Positions 9,063-16,605 of a stretch of 53,972 nt of DNA are shown here, in pieces; position 1 is the stretch's first letter; every line of letters begins with the position of its first letter. Position numbers and translations under genes: made by a program. The stretch comes from Candidatus Woesearchaeota archaeon. GTDB taxonomy: Archaea > Nanobdellota > Nanobdellia > Woesearchaeales > JBAZVA01. The stretch lies in assembly GCA_041661165.1 (NCBI GenBank), contig JBAZVA010000003.1:1-53972 (forward strand), written 5' to 3'. The notes beneath the pieces were generated by a model, which worked only from the letters and a program-made list of their open reading frames with translations, did no database searches and was not told the origin of the DNA.

Positions 9063-9894
9063 AGTTATATTTGTAATAATTGAAATAAACTGATTTAGAA
9101 TCATTATAAAAAATAAAAAGGGGCGAACTTTTTCTTTTGTGCTCCGCTCGCTTGCCCTCTTTTTGTCCTTTTGCTTAAATTTTGTTCTAATACTTCTCGT
9201 AACGTTTGCGAAACAATTCAACAAAAACGCCAGTTAACCTCTCAAATCAATTTTACAAAGCAAAATTTACCGATTTTGGTTTTTTAGGTTGATTCTTTGA
9301 TGCTATCCTTAATCTTTATTTTATTTATCCACTCACTATACTTGTTGTATCTATTGTACTGATTTTTTTCTCTTTTGTTTTTAATGTCTTTTGTTGTTTA
9401 AAATTTTCTTTTTTTTGTTTAATTTTTGCGTTCTGCTTTTTTTATTCAATTTTTTTGCAATATTGTACTGTTTTATTTTTGTTTTTTGGTTTAATTTTGT
9501 TCTTCACTATTCTTGCAACCCAGCCTGAATTTTGCCGAAGCTTTGTGATTGGCTGCAAACAGCTAACAAAAACAAGGTAATCACGTGGCCCAAGTTTTCA
9601 TATGTGTTTTTTTCGTTGAAAACATCGAATCATTCCTTTTGACGTTACAGAAAAAAACGTCTAAAGTCGAATCAAATGAGTTCATTTTGTTATTTTTTGG
9701 TAGGTTTGTGTTAAAACAATGTATGTATGAACTTATTTATAAACATTACCTTTTTTAGGGCACTAGTATGGTTATTAGTATACTTACTTTATATATGAAA
9801 TGCGTTTTATTACTTTTTTAAGCAAGTTATTGTGGTTTTTAGTATATTAAAAACAGTAGAAAACTTTAAAATAGGACATTTTGTTTGTTAATGT

Positions 9895-10095
9895 ATGTCA
9901 AGACTAAATAGCTCTCAAATACAAAGACGTGGCTCTTCTTCTACTTTGGACGAAATTGCAGGTAAAGAAACAGGTCGTTTTTCAAATAATCGTACGGGAA
10001 GATCATTAGATAGTAATTCGTCTTATTCTAATTCAGAAGATTCTTCATATAAACCAACTTGTTTCAAAAAAACATACTTATCTAATCATTCTTAA
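9895..10095 (+). CDS. Possible small Ser/Asn-rich disordered protein
   Basis: 66-aa ORF. A TATA-like CTTTAAAATA lies about 21-30 nt upstream. Composition is low complexity, so support is weak. Confidence 0.25.
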   Translation: MSRLNSSQIQRRGSSSTLDEIAGKETGRFSNNRTGRSLDSNSSYSNSEDSSYKPTCFKKTYLSNHS

Positions 10096-10104
10096 TTCTT
10101 TTAA

Positions 10105-10212
10105 TTTTTTTGCCAGCCTTGCATACATAGCTAATAATAGTACCAAAAATATTATTTATTCTAAAGAGCAAAATTAGTTGCTGCATACTGTTTTGCGTGC
10201 TGGCAAAGTAAA
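10105..10212 (-). repeat. Clamp-hairpin repeat, type A, copy 4
   Basis: Reverse complement reads GCCAGCACGCAAAACAGTATGCAGCAAC...GCTCTTTAGAATAAAT...ATTATTAGCTATGTATGCAAGGCTGGC. The clamp is changed on both arms (GCCAGC/GCTGGC). Confidence 0.85.
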
Positions 10213-10239
10213 TTTGAGAAATCATCTCCCAAACGAATA

Positions 10240-10247
10240 TTTATAAA
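10240..10247 (+). promoter_or_regulatory. TATA box (TTTATAAA) upstream of the DedA gene
   Basis: Lies 35 nt upstream of ATG 10283, with AAGAGGAA between the two. Confidence 0.4.
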
Positions 10248-10282
10248 CAGTTCCAGACGATTATATAATAAAGAGGAATATT

Positions 10283-10975
10283 ATGCTTGACATCGTTATG
10301 TATTTAATTGATTTTGTTCTACATTTAGATACTCATTTACAACTTATCATTCAAAACTATGGACTTTGGACATATCTTATTATATTCTTAATAATTTTCT
10401 GTGAAACTGGATTAGTTGTAACTCCTTTTTTACCGGGAGATTCATTAATTTTTGTTCTTGGTGCATTTGCAGCTACAGGTTCATTAAACATTTGGTTATT
10501 ATTTGCATTATTATTTATTGCGGCAACACTTGGAAACATTTCAAACTATCATATAGGTTCATTTATTGGTGAAAGAGTTTATCGAATGAAAGTTTGGTTT
10601 ATTAAAAAACAATATTTGAACGAAACAAAAGCATTTTATAAAAAACATGGCGGTAAAACTGTTGTTCTTGCAAGATTTATGCCTGTAATTCGTACATTTG
10701 CGCCTTTTGTTGCAGGTGTAGGGAAGATGAATAAGAAGATGTTTATTTTTTACAGTATAATTGGTTGTATTGCTTGGATTTCATTATTTCTTTTCGCAGG
10801 ATTTTTCTTTGGAAATATCCCTTGGGTATCAAAGAATTTAACTATCGTTATATTTGGAATTGTTATACTTTCTTTTGTTCCGCCATTATATGAAATTATC
10901 AAAAGGAAAATTGCTGCACGAAAGAACAAGAAAACTGAAAAGAAAAAACAATCTAAAAAATTTAAGAAAAAATAA
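10283..10975 (+). CDS. DedA family (VTT domain) membrane protein
   Basis: FCETGLVVTPFLPGDSLIFVLG...HGGKTVVLARFMPVIRTFAPFVAGVGKM is typical DedA. Lys-rich C-terminal tail. Confidence 0.85.
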   Translation: MLDIVMYLIDFVLHLDTHLQLIIQNYGLWTYLIIFLIIFCETGLVVTPFLPGDSLIFVLGAFAATGSLNIWLLFALLFIAATLGNISNYHIGSFIGERVYRMKVWFIKKQYLNETKAFYKKHGGKTVVLARFMPVIRTFAPFVAGVGKMNKKMFIFYSIIGCIAWISLFLFAGFFFGNIPWVSKNLTIVIFGIVILSFVPPLYEIIKRKIAARKNKKTEKKKQSKKFKKK

Positions 10976-11416
10976 TTACTTCTTATTTAATTTTTTTCTT
11001 AATACAAACTCATATAAAATCAAGAATCCAATTCCTACACAAATCATTGAATCTGCAATATTGAATGTCGGAAATGTAGGGAAAAATGGCATAGGAATAT
11101 AATCAATAACATATCCTAAAAATACCCTGTCAATAAAATTTGACAATGCACCAAAGAAAATTAAAGTATATGAAACCCTAAGTGATAAATCATTTGTTTT
11201 GTAATACATATATCCTAATATTCCCATAATTAATATTGCTGCAACAAGTAAAATCGTACGTTCGTTTTGCATAATTCCAAAACTAGCGCCAAAATTTAAT
11301 ACTGGGTTGTGGATATTACTTTTAATTAATTGATCAAGAATAACTAGTCCAACACCTATAGAAACTATTTGCATTTCTACTTTTTTAATACAATCAGAAA
11401 AATTCATATTTACCAC
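10976..11416 (-). CDS. lspA: Lipoprotein signal peptidase (signal peptidase II)
   Basis: NFGASFG, GALSNFIDRV and FPTFNIADSMI (both catalytic Asp motifs). Four TM helices. Confidence 0.8.
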   Translation of the reverse strand: MVNMNFSDCIKKVEMQIVSIGVGLVILDQLIKSNIHNPVLNFGASFGIMQNERTILLVAAILIMGILGYMYYKTNDLSLRVSYTLIFFGALSNFIDRVFLGYVIDYIPMPFFPTFPTFNIADSMICVGIGFLILYEFVLRKKLNKK

Positions 11417-11937
11417 GAATTTGATTTTTTTTCTATCTTTTGGTCAATTACGTTTAATTTCATTTGAATTGATTCTATATTGGCTCTAAGTAAATCAATT
11501 TTTGATGCGAGAATTTCAATTTGTTTTTCTAAAATTTCAGTTTTATGTACTTGTGCTTGCGAAAAGTTGTTTGTCTGAGATGTTTGTCCATTATTATTTC
11601 CATAATCATTATTTTGCATATTTCCATAATTTGCGTTGTGTTGTGAATATCCGCTATTTTGAGAAACTGACATTGAAGGTGCGGATGGGTTTATTTCATT
11701 ATAATTTTTGACCGGTGTAAATCCGGAAGGAGAACTTATTTGTTCATCAGAGTTTGATGCATTCATTGCCATATTAAGTCTGTCTTCACGAGTTGTTTTA
11801 GGAGTCATATCTTCTTCAGGAAAATCATTTTGTATAGAGGATGGCGATTGATGAGGTTGTTCGAAACTACTTCCGCCTGTTAATTCTTTTTCCAAAGCAT
11901 CCAAATCAAAGTCATCTTTTTTCTTAAATGGCCACAT
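11410..11937 (-). CDS. Hypothetical N/Q/S-rich protein with a C-terminal coiled coil
   Basis: Low-complexity middle region. C-terminal heptad-like EILEKQIEILASKIDLLRANIESIQMKLNVIDQKIE. Overlaps lspA by 7 nt (operon). Confidence 0.45.
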   Translation of the reverse strand: MWPFKKKDDFDLDALEKELTGGSSFEQPHQSPSSIQNDFPEEDMTPKTTREDRLNMAMNASNSDEQISSPSGFTPVKNYNEINPSAPSMSVSQNSGYSQHNANYGNMQNNDYGNNNGQTSQTNNFSQAQVHKTEILEKQIEILASKIDLLRANIESIQMKLNVIDQKIEKKSNSW

Positions 11938-11959
11938 GTTTTTACCTTTTACGTATCAT

Positions 11960-12802
11960 TTACTTGTTTGTTTTCTTGTTATCATTATTTTCATCAGGAA
12001 CAACACTTTTATCTGTAAATTTTTCAATAATCGTAATTACTAACGAAGTAGGAACTGCATCAACAATTCTAAATATCGTGGTTTTCTTATCAACTTTTAC
12101 ATTTCCTTTTTTATATTCCGACAAAAGTCCTGTTACAAAAGAAACACTATCTTCACTTGCTTTGTTTGCAATAAACATTCCTGCAAGCATTGTTTTGAAC
12201 TGATCATCACTTTTTAGTTCTTTAGAAATTTCTACTTTTATTCTATCTTTGAATGCAGAAATATCATAATTTGTTCCTTCTTTTTTTTGTTTTTCTAAAG
12301 CAATAGTCATAAGTGCATCATCAACAGGGGTACTACTTCTTATCCATTGGAGAGCCATCTCTTTTGTTATTGTCACATTAATTTCGTCTTTTTCTTCTCC
12401 TATGGGCATAATTATGCTATTTGAAAATATTTTTTCAGAAACAATCAAATCAATTTCGACAATTTTGTAATATGAATTATGAAGAGAATTGTAATCAAGT
12501 GGTTTTGTAAATGAATTGGATTGTAAAAACATCATTTTTTCATCTTCATTTTCTGCATTTGGCACAAGTGATATGGCTGATATTATTTTATCGTTATCCT
12601 CTAGAATTAATAGATTCTTATCGTTTGCATGTTTTTGAAAATCTTGAACATCTAAAAAGGCTGCAAATCCAATTCCTGCAAGTATCAAAAACAATAATAC
12701 TAATGTTAAAGCAATAGCGATAAGTAAGTGTTTTATAAATTTGAATATAAGAACAATGGCGACAATAGTTAGAATCAAAATTCCAATCATTAAAAAGTCC
12801 AT
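11960..12802 (-). CDS. Hypothetical membrane-anchored protein
   Basis: Two N-terminal TM helices followed by a soluble domain of about 220 aa. No motif recognised. Confidence 0.45.
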   Translation of the reverse strand: MDFLMIGILILTIVAIVLIFKFIKHLLIAIALTLVLLFLILAGIGFAAFLDVQDFQKHANDKNLLILEDNDKIISAISLVPNAENEDEKMMFLQSNSFTKPLDYNSLHNSYYKIVEIDLIVSEKIFSNSIIMPIGEEKDEINVTITKEMALQWIRSSTPVDDALMTIALEKQKKEGTNYDISAFKDRIKVEISKELKSDDQFKTMLAGMFIANKASEDSVSFVTGLLSEYKKGNVKVDKKTTIFRIVDAVPTSLVITIIEKFTDKSVVPDENNDNKKTNK

Positions 12803-12865
12803 ATTTTACCTCTTTTATACAACAAATCAAAATGCACTAATATAATATAGAACTAGACATATTGA

Positions 12866-12873
12866 TTTATAAA
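12866..12873 (+). promoter_or_regulatory. TATA box (TTTATAAA)
   Basis: Ends 22 nt upstream of ATG 12896 with no Shine-Dalgarno sequence, which suggests a leaderless transcript. Confidence 0.45.
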
Positions 12874-12895
12874 CATTTGCTCCCTTATATTCATA

Positions 12896-13822
12896 ATGAA
12901 AAAATTGAATAAATTAATACAAACATTAAAAAAAATGTCAAATATATCAAAAAATACAAAAACTTCTAAAAAAAAGGTAAGTAAGGTCGTTTCAAAGAAG
13001 ATAAATATTGGAAAAAATAAGATTATTCGTAAAAATAAAACTATTTCAACAAAAAACAGTATTCATAAGAATAAAGTTGTTCATAAAGATAATACTGTTC
13101 AAAGAGAGAAGATTATTCAAGAAAAGTCAGAAATACCTATGAAGATTTATTACGATTTATTTGAAAGCTATGGTCCACAAGGTTGGTGGCCACTTTTAGA
13201 ATGTGAAGGAGTAAATCCTACAAAATCAGGTTGTATAAATGGATATCATCCACATAATTATTCTTATCCAAGAGATGAATTTGAACAGTTCGAAATTTGT
13301 ATTGGAGCAATATTAACGCAAAATACTTCTTGGCCAAATGTTGAAAAGGCACTTGTAAATTTAAAAAAAATGAATGCGATTAATCCTAGTGCGATATTAT
13401 CTTTAAATGATGATGTCTTAAAAAATGCAATAAGGCCTGCAGGTTATTTTAATCAAAAAGCAAAAAAATTAAAAGTATTTTCAAAATTTTTCATGGACTT
13501 GGAGAAAAGAGAACCAAAAAGAGCAGAACTTTTAGATGTTTGGGGTGTTGGTCCTGAAACTGCTGATTCAATATTACTTTATGTGTATAAAAATCCAGTA
13601 TTCGTTGTTGATGCATATACAAAAAGAATATTTCAAAATATAGGTCTGATAAAAAAAGATGCTACTTATGACGAAATTAAAAGATTTTTTGAGAAAAATG
13701 TAAAATGGGATTATAAAATTTATCAAGAGTATCATGCATTGATTGTTGAGCATGCGAAAAGATATTATAACAAAGCGTCAGAATACAAAAAATGTCCTTT
13801 GTATAAAAAATATGAGAAATGA
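12896..13822 (+). CDS. Endonuclease III-related HhH-GPD family protein
   Basis: ILTQNTSWPNVEKA...LLDVWGVGPETADSILLY...VVDAYTKRI (HhH-GPD core). Lys-rich N-terminal extension of ~80 aa. Confidence 0.75.
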   Translation: MKKLNKLIQTLKKMSNISKNTKTSKKKVSKVVSKKINIGKNKIIRKNKTISTKNSIHKNKVVHKDNTVQREKIIQEKSEIPMKIYYDLFESYGPQGWWPLLECEGVNPTKSGCINGYHPHNYSYPRDEFEQFEICIGAILTQNTSWPNVEKALVNLKKMNAINPSAILSLNDDVLKNAIRPAGYFNQKAKKLKVFSKFFMDLEKREPKRAELLDVWGVGPETADSILLYVYKNPVFVVDAYTKRIFQNIGLIKKDATYDEIKRFFEKNVKWDYKIYQEYHALIVEHAKRYYNKASEYKKCPLYKKYEK

Positions 13823-13829
13823 TTTTCTT

Positions 13830-13950
13830 TGTAGAAACGTTCTACCGGCAAGCAGAAGTAGTAAGCAATCAGAATTTGTTCTTTATACTAAAGCAACTAA
13901 AATAAGAAAATAATATTGTAAGTTAATCAAGGCAAGTGTACGTTTCTACA
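13830..13950 (+). repeat. Clamp-hairpin repeat, type A, copy 5 (degenerate 3' clamp)
   Basis: tgtagaaacgt-tct-ACCGGCAAGCAGAAGTAGTAAGC...GTTCTTTATAC...AATCAAGGCAAGT-gt-acgtttctaca. Confidence 0.75.
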
Positions 13951-13962
13951 GAACAGAAATAA

Positions 13963-14670
13963 TTATTTCATTTTTCTTTTTACTAATCTATCAATTTGCT
14001 CAAACAAACTTCTTTGCTCTGCTTTTTCGTCAGTGAATGTAAATTTAGAAAGAATGTTTTGTTTCTTAATTTTTGCTATGTTTTCAGTTAAATTTTCTTT
14101 TAATTCAACAAAATTGATTTTGATTCTTGGAAGGTGCATCCATCTTACGTTAGACATATATTTTCTAACTTTATTTACTAGTTTTAATGTATATATTGCA
14201 TCAATTACAAAAATTCCATATGTTATTCCTAATATGAACGATATATTGCTTGAAGGTAAAAATGTAAGCCAGGTATTTAATCTTGGAAACAACGTGTAAT
14301 AAAAAGCAATACCACTTAATGCCCAAACCACACTTTGTAATATTGAAATATATCCTCTATAATTCATAAAATAATTTGAATAATCCCATAATACAATTTT
14401 ATAATAACTTAGAAGTATTCCTGTAATAAGTTCAAGAACAGTAACAAGTATTGTAAATATTAATACTGTTTTCCATAATGGCAATGTTAAAGAAAAAATA
14501 AGATATGCAATTATAGTTCCAAATCCATATATTGGTAGATATGGTCCAAAAAAGAGTCCGGGATTTACTAGTTTGTGAGATACAAAAATTGGTCTCCAAA
14601 ATAATTCTAAAATCCACCCCAAAATACTTCCAATGCCGAATATGAAAAGTAATTCATGTAAATTTAGCAT
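13963..14670 (-). CDS. Polytopic membrane protein, putative ABC-transporter type IV family (CmpB-like)
   Basis: IGSILGWILELFW...NPGLFFGPYLPIYGFG resembles that family's signature. About 6 TM helices. Confidence 0.55.
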   Translation of the reverse strand: MLNLHELLFIFGIGSILGWILELFWRPIFVSHKLVNPGLFFGPYLPIYGFGTIIAYLIFSLTLPLWKTVLIFTILVTVLELITGILLSYYKIVLWDYSNYFMNYRGYISILQSVVWALSGIAFYYTLFPRLNTWLTFLPSSNISFILGITYGIFVIDAIYTLKLVNKVRKYMSNVRWMHLPRIKINFVELKENLTENIAKIKKQNILSKFTFTDEKAEQRSLFEQIDRLVKRKMK

Positions 14671-14720
14671 ATTTTACCTTTTAGTTATATCTTGAATTTA
14701 GTTATATATTAAACAATGCG

Positions 14721-14850
14721 AAATAAGTGTTCATACGTACCGGCTCTCATACGTTTGCATGTAAGTTTAGTTCATCCTCACAAACGATGTATGAACAAAC
14801 ATTTAGCTTTAATAATTGTAATTGCCGGTTGAATGAACACTTATTATTTT
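14721..14850 (-). mobile_element. Clamp-hairpin element, type B, inserted at the 3' end of tRNA-Leu
   Basis: Reverse complement reads ACCGGCAATTACAATTATTAAAGCTAAATGTTTG...GAGAGCCGGT and aligns along its length with the copy at 5357-5494. Arms AATAAGTGTTCAT/ATGAACACTTATT. Flanked by the direct repeat CAATGCG(AAA) at 14714-14723 and 14851-14860. Confidence 0.8.
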
Positions 14851-14853
14851 CAA

Positions 14854-14937
14854 TGCGAAAGACGGGGTTCGAACCCGCGCAAGCACTAAGCTATACGGCC
14901 CTCAACCGTACCCGTTTGACCGCTCCGGCACTCTCGC
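14854..14937 (-). tRNA. tRNA-Leu (anticodon GAG), class II with a long variable arm; no encoded CCA, no intron
   Basis: Folded by hand: GCGAGAG/CTTTCGC acceptor, TACGG-TTGAGGG-CCGTA anticodon arm, variable arm AGC-TTAGT-GCT, T arm GCGGG-TTCGAAC-CCCGT, discriminator A. Confidence 0.85.
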
Positions 14938-14953
14938 GTAAGTCACATAATCT

Positions 14954-15120
14954 AGCTATATCTGAATCGTCTTTACCAGCAAACAGACTCCTCGTAAGAG
15001 GCAGCCAAATGCAATGCGGCCGTGTATACAGAATGTATATCCAGTTCCAATCGGAAATTCTAATGAATACAATTATTTGCACTATATGTGAAGGCTGGTA
15101 AAAAGACTTCAGATATAGCT
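14954..15120 (+). repeat. Clamp-hairpin repeat, type A long variant, copy 6
   Basis: 27-nt arms AGCTATATCTGAATCGTCTTTACCAGC / GCTGGTAAAAAGACTTCAGATATAGCT. The interior carries extra hairpins CCTCGTAAGAGG and GCAGCCAAATGCAATGCGGCCGT. Confidence 0.85.
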
Positions 15121-15151
15121 TGTAAAGTCTAAATATTTTGTATAAGTAAGG

Positions 15152-15161
15152 TATTTAAATA
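15152..15161 (+). promoter_or_regulatory. TATA-like box (TATTTAAATA)
   Basis: Ends 21 nt upstream of ATG 15182. Confidence 0.35.
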
Positions 15162-15181
15162 CTCTTCTCTTACATTTGTGT

Positions 15182-15541
15182 ATGAAACACGTAAAGCCAG
15201 TGCATCACGTTTTGTCAGAGCTTCATGCAAAGAAACGTTCAGGGGAACAATTATCTGGTAAAGATAAAATAAAGCATTTAATAGAATCGGAAATTCGTTC
15301 TGCACAGCATAAACATTACAAGTCAATGAGAAATTATGTTATTTTGTTTTCTGTTTCACTTATAGTTTTGATGTTAATTTACATTTACAATCCAAAACTT
15401 CCACCATTTGTTGGAATAATAAACATTTGCGCAGCAATAATAATATTTTTCGTCGGAATGATTCATTTAAACAACGGATATAAAAGAGAGATTAGTGATT
15501 ATTTGATGATTGAAGAACAGGTTAATAATTTAAAAAAATAA
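15182..15541 (+). CDS. Hypothetical small membrane protein (two TM helices)
   Basis: ORF track 15176-15541; ATG at 15182 preferred. Two hydrophobic helices in the C-terminal half. Confidence 0.45.
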   Translation: MKHVKPVHHVLSELHAKKRSGEQLSGKDKIKHLIESEIRSAQHKHYKSMRNYVILFSVSLIVLMLIYIYNPKLPPFVGIINICAAIIIFFVGMIHLNNGYKREISDYLMIEEQVNNLKK

Positions 15542-15596
15542 TTTGAAAGAATTATTTTATAATTTAAGTTGGTTTAAAAAATAACGAGGTATATTC

Positions 15597-15923
15597 ATGG
15601 CAAAAAAGAAAATTGTAAAAAAGAAAGTAGTTGCAAGAAGTGTAAGAGCAAAATCAGAAAAAGTAGCTGCTATTCATACAGATAAAATTGTTGTAAATAA
15701 TAATGTGACAATATCAGGAAAGAAAAAAGTTAATTGGGTATTAACACTTGTAATGTCAATAATATTTGGTTGCATTGGTGTTGACAGATTTCTAATGGGT
15801 CACGTTGGACTTGGAATACTAAAATTATTCACTTTAGGTGGATGCGGTATCTGGTGGTTAATTGACGTGATACTTATTGCAACAAAATACCAATTCAAAG
15901 ATATTGAATGGGTAGAAAATTAA
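15597..15923 (+). CDS. TM2 domain-containing membrane protein
   Basis: GVDRFLMGHVGLGILKLFTLGGCGIWWLIDVILI matches the TM2 domain pattern. GAGGT Shine-Dalgarno sequence upstream. Confidence 0.75.
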   Translation: MAKKKIVKKKVVARSVRAKSEKVAAIHTDKIVVNNNVTISGKKKVNWVLTLVMSIIFGCIGVDRFLMGHVGLGILKLFTLGGCGIWWLIDVILIATKYQFKDIEWVEN

Positions 15924-15995
15924 ATTTTGTTTTTCTTTTATTTTTTCATTTAAATAACGTAATTTAATCTGGGACATTAAATAGGTAAATTGTAA

Positions 15996-16367
15996 ATGAA
16001 ACTAAAAAGTTTTTTTCTGGAGCTATTAAGTTTCTCCACGCCAAGAGCAATTGTAATTAACATCTCATCAATATTTTTAGCTCTTAGACTATTACCTACG
16101 AATGTTTTATCTGGTTCTCCTATAACTTGTGTTTTTAAGACTTATATTATTCCATTATTTTTTCAACATGGTTGTCTGACATATGGATTTTTTGCATTCT
16201 GTAATTGCCCTGCGTGCGGTATTACAAGAGGGATGTCAAGATTACTTCACGGGGATTTGTTTGGTGCAATTGGTTATAATAAATTAGTAATTCCTGTATT
16301 TGGAATTATGATTTTTTTACTTGTTCTTAATGCATTTAGATTGTATAAAAACAAAACTTTAAAATAA
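15996..16367 (+). CDS. DUF2752-like membrane protein
   Basis: CPACGITRGMSRLLHGDLFGAIGYN is the characteristic CPxCGxTR motif. Confidence 0.6.
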   Translation: MKLKSFFLELLSFSTPRAIVINISSIFLALRLLPTNVLSGSPITCVFKTYIIPLFFQHGCLTYGFFAFCNCPACGITRGMSRLLHGDLFGAIGYNKLVIPVFGIMIFLLVLNAFRLYKNKTLK

Positions 16368-16383
16368 TTTTTTACATTTTATA

Positions 16384-16497
16384 AAATATTTCTACCTGCC
16401 TTTACATCTGATACTAATAATTGTGTTGATTAGAAGCACTGGAAGATATCCACATACATTATTCTGCATACCGTTCTGCTTGCCGGTAGAAATATTT
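16384..16497 (-). repeat. Clamp-hairpin repeat, type A, copy 7
   Basis: Reverse complement reads aaatatttct-ACCGGCAAGCAGAACGGTATGCAGAATAATG...CTTCCAGTGCTTCTAATC...ATTATTAG...GTAAAGGCAGGT-agaaatattt. Confidence 0.85.
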
Positions 16498-16500
16498 CTA

Positions 16501-16605
16501 ACTATATTGAATAAAAATAAAGAAAGTAATAAAAAACAAAGAAAATTATAAAAAAGAAAGTAATAAAAAATAAAATATTAAAAAAGAAATAATAAAAATA
16601 AAAAA
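16501..16605 (-). terminator. Oligo-T-rich tract downstream of the helicase stop (archaeal-type terminator region)
   Basis: On the minus strand there are consecutive T5-T7 runs. Contains an 18-nt direct repeat (16519-16536 and 16553-16570). Confidence 0.4.

Noticed and set aside
9531-9573. CCAGCC-26 nt-GGCTGCAAACAG as a fifteenth repeat copy
   Set aside because: Only the clamp-like hexamers and a CAAACAG motif match. The interior motifs and the length do not. At best it is a fragment.
14727-15101. 124-aa ORF on the plus strand
   Set aside because: It runs through a type B repeat, the antisense of tRNA-Leu and a type A repeat. It stays open only because these segments are GC-richer than the background.
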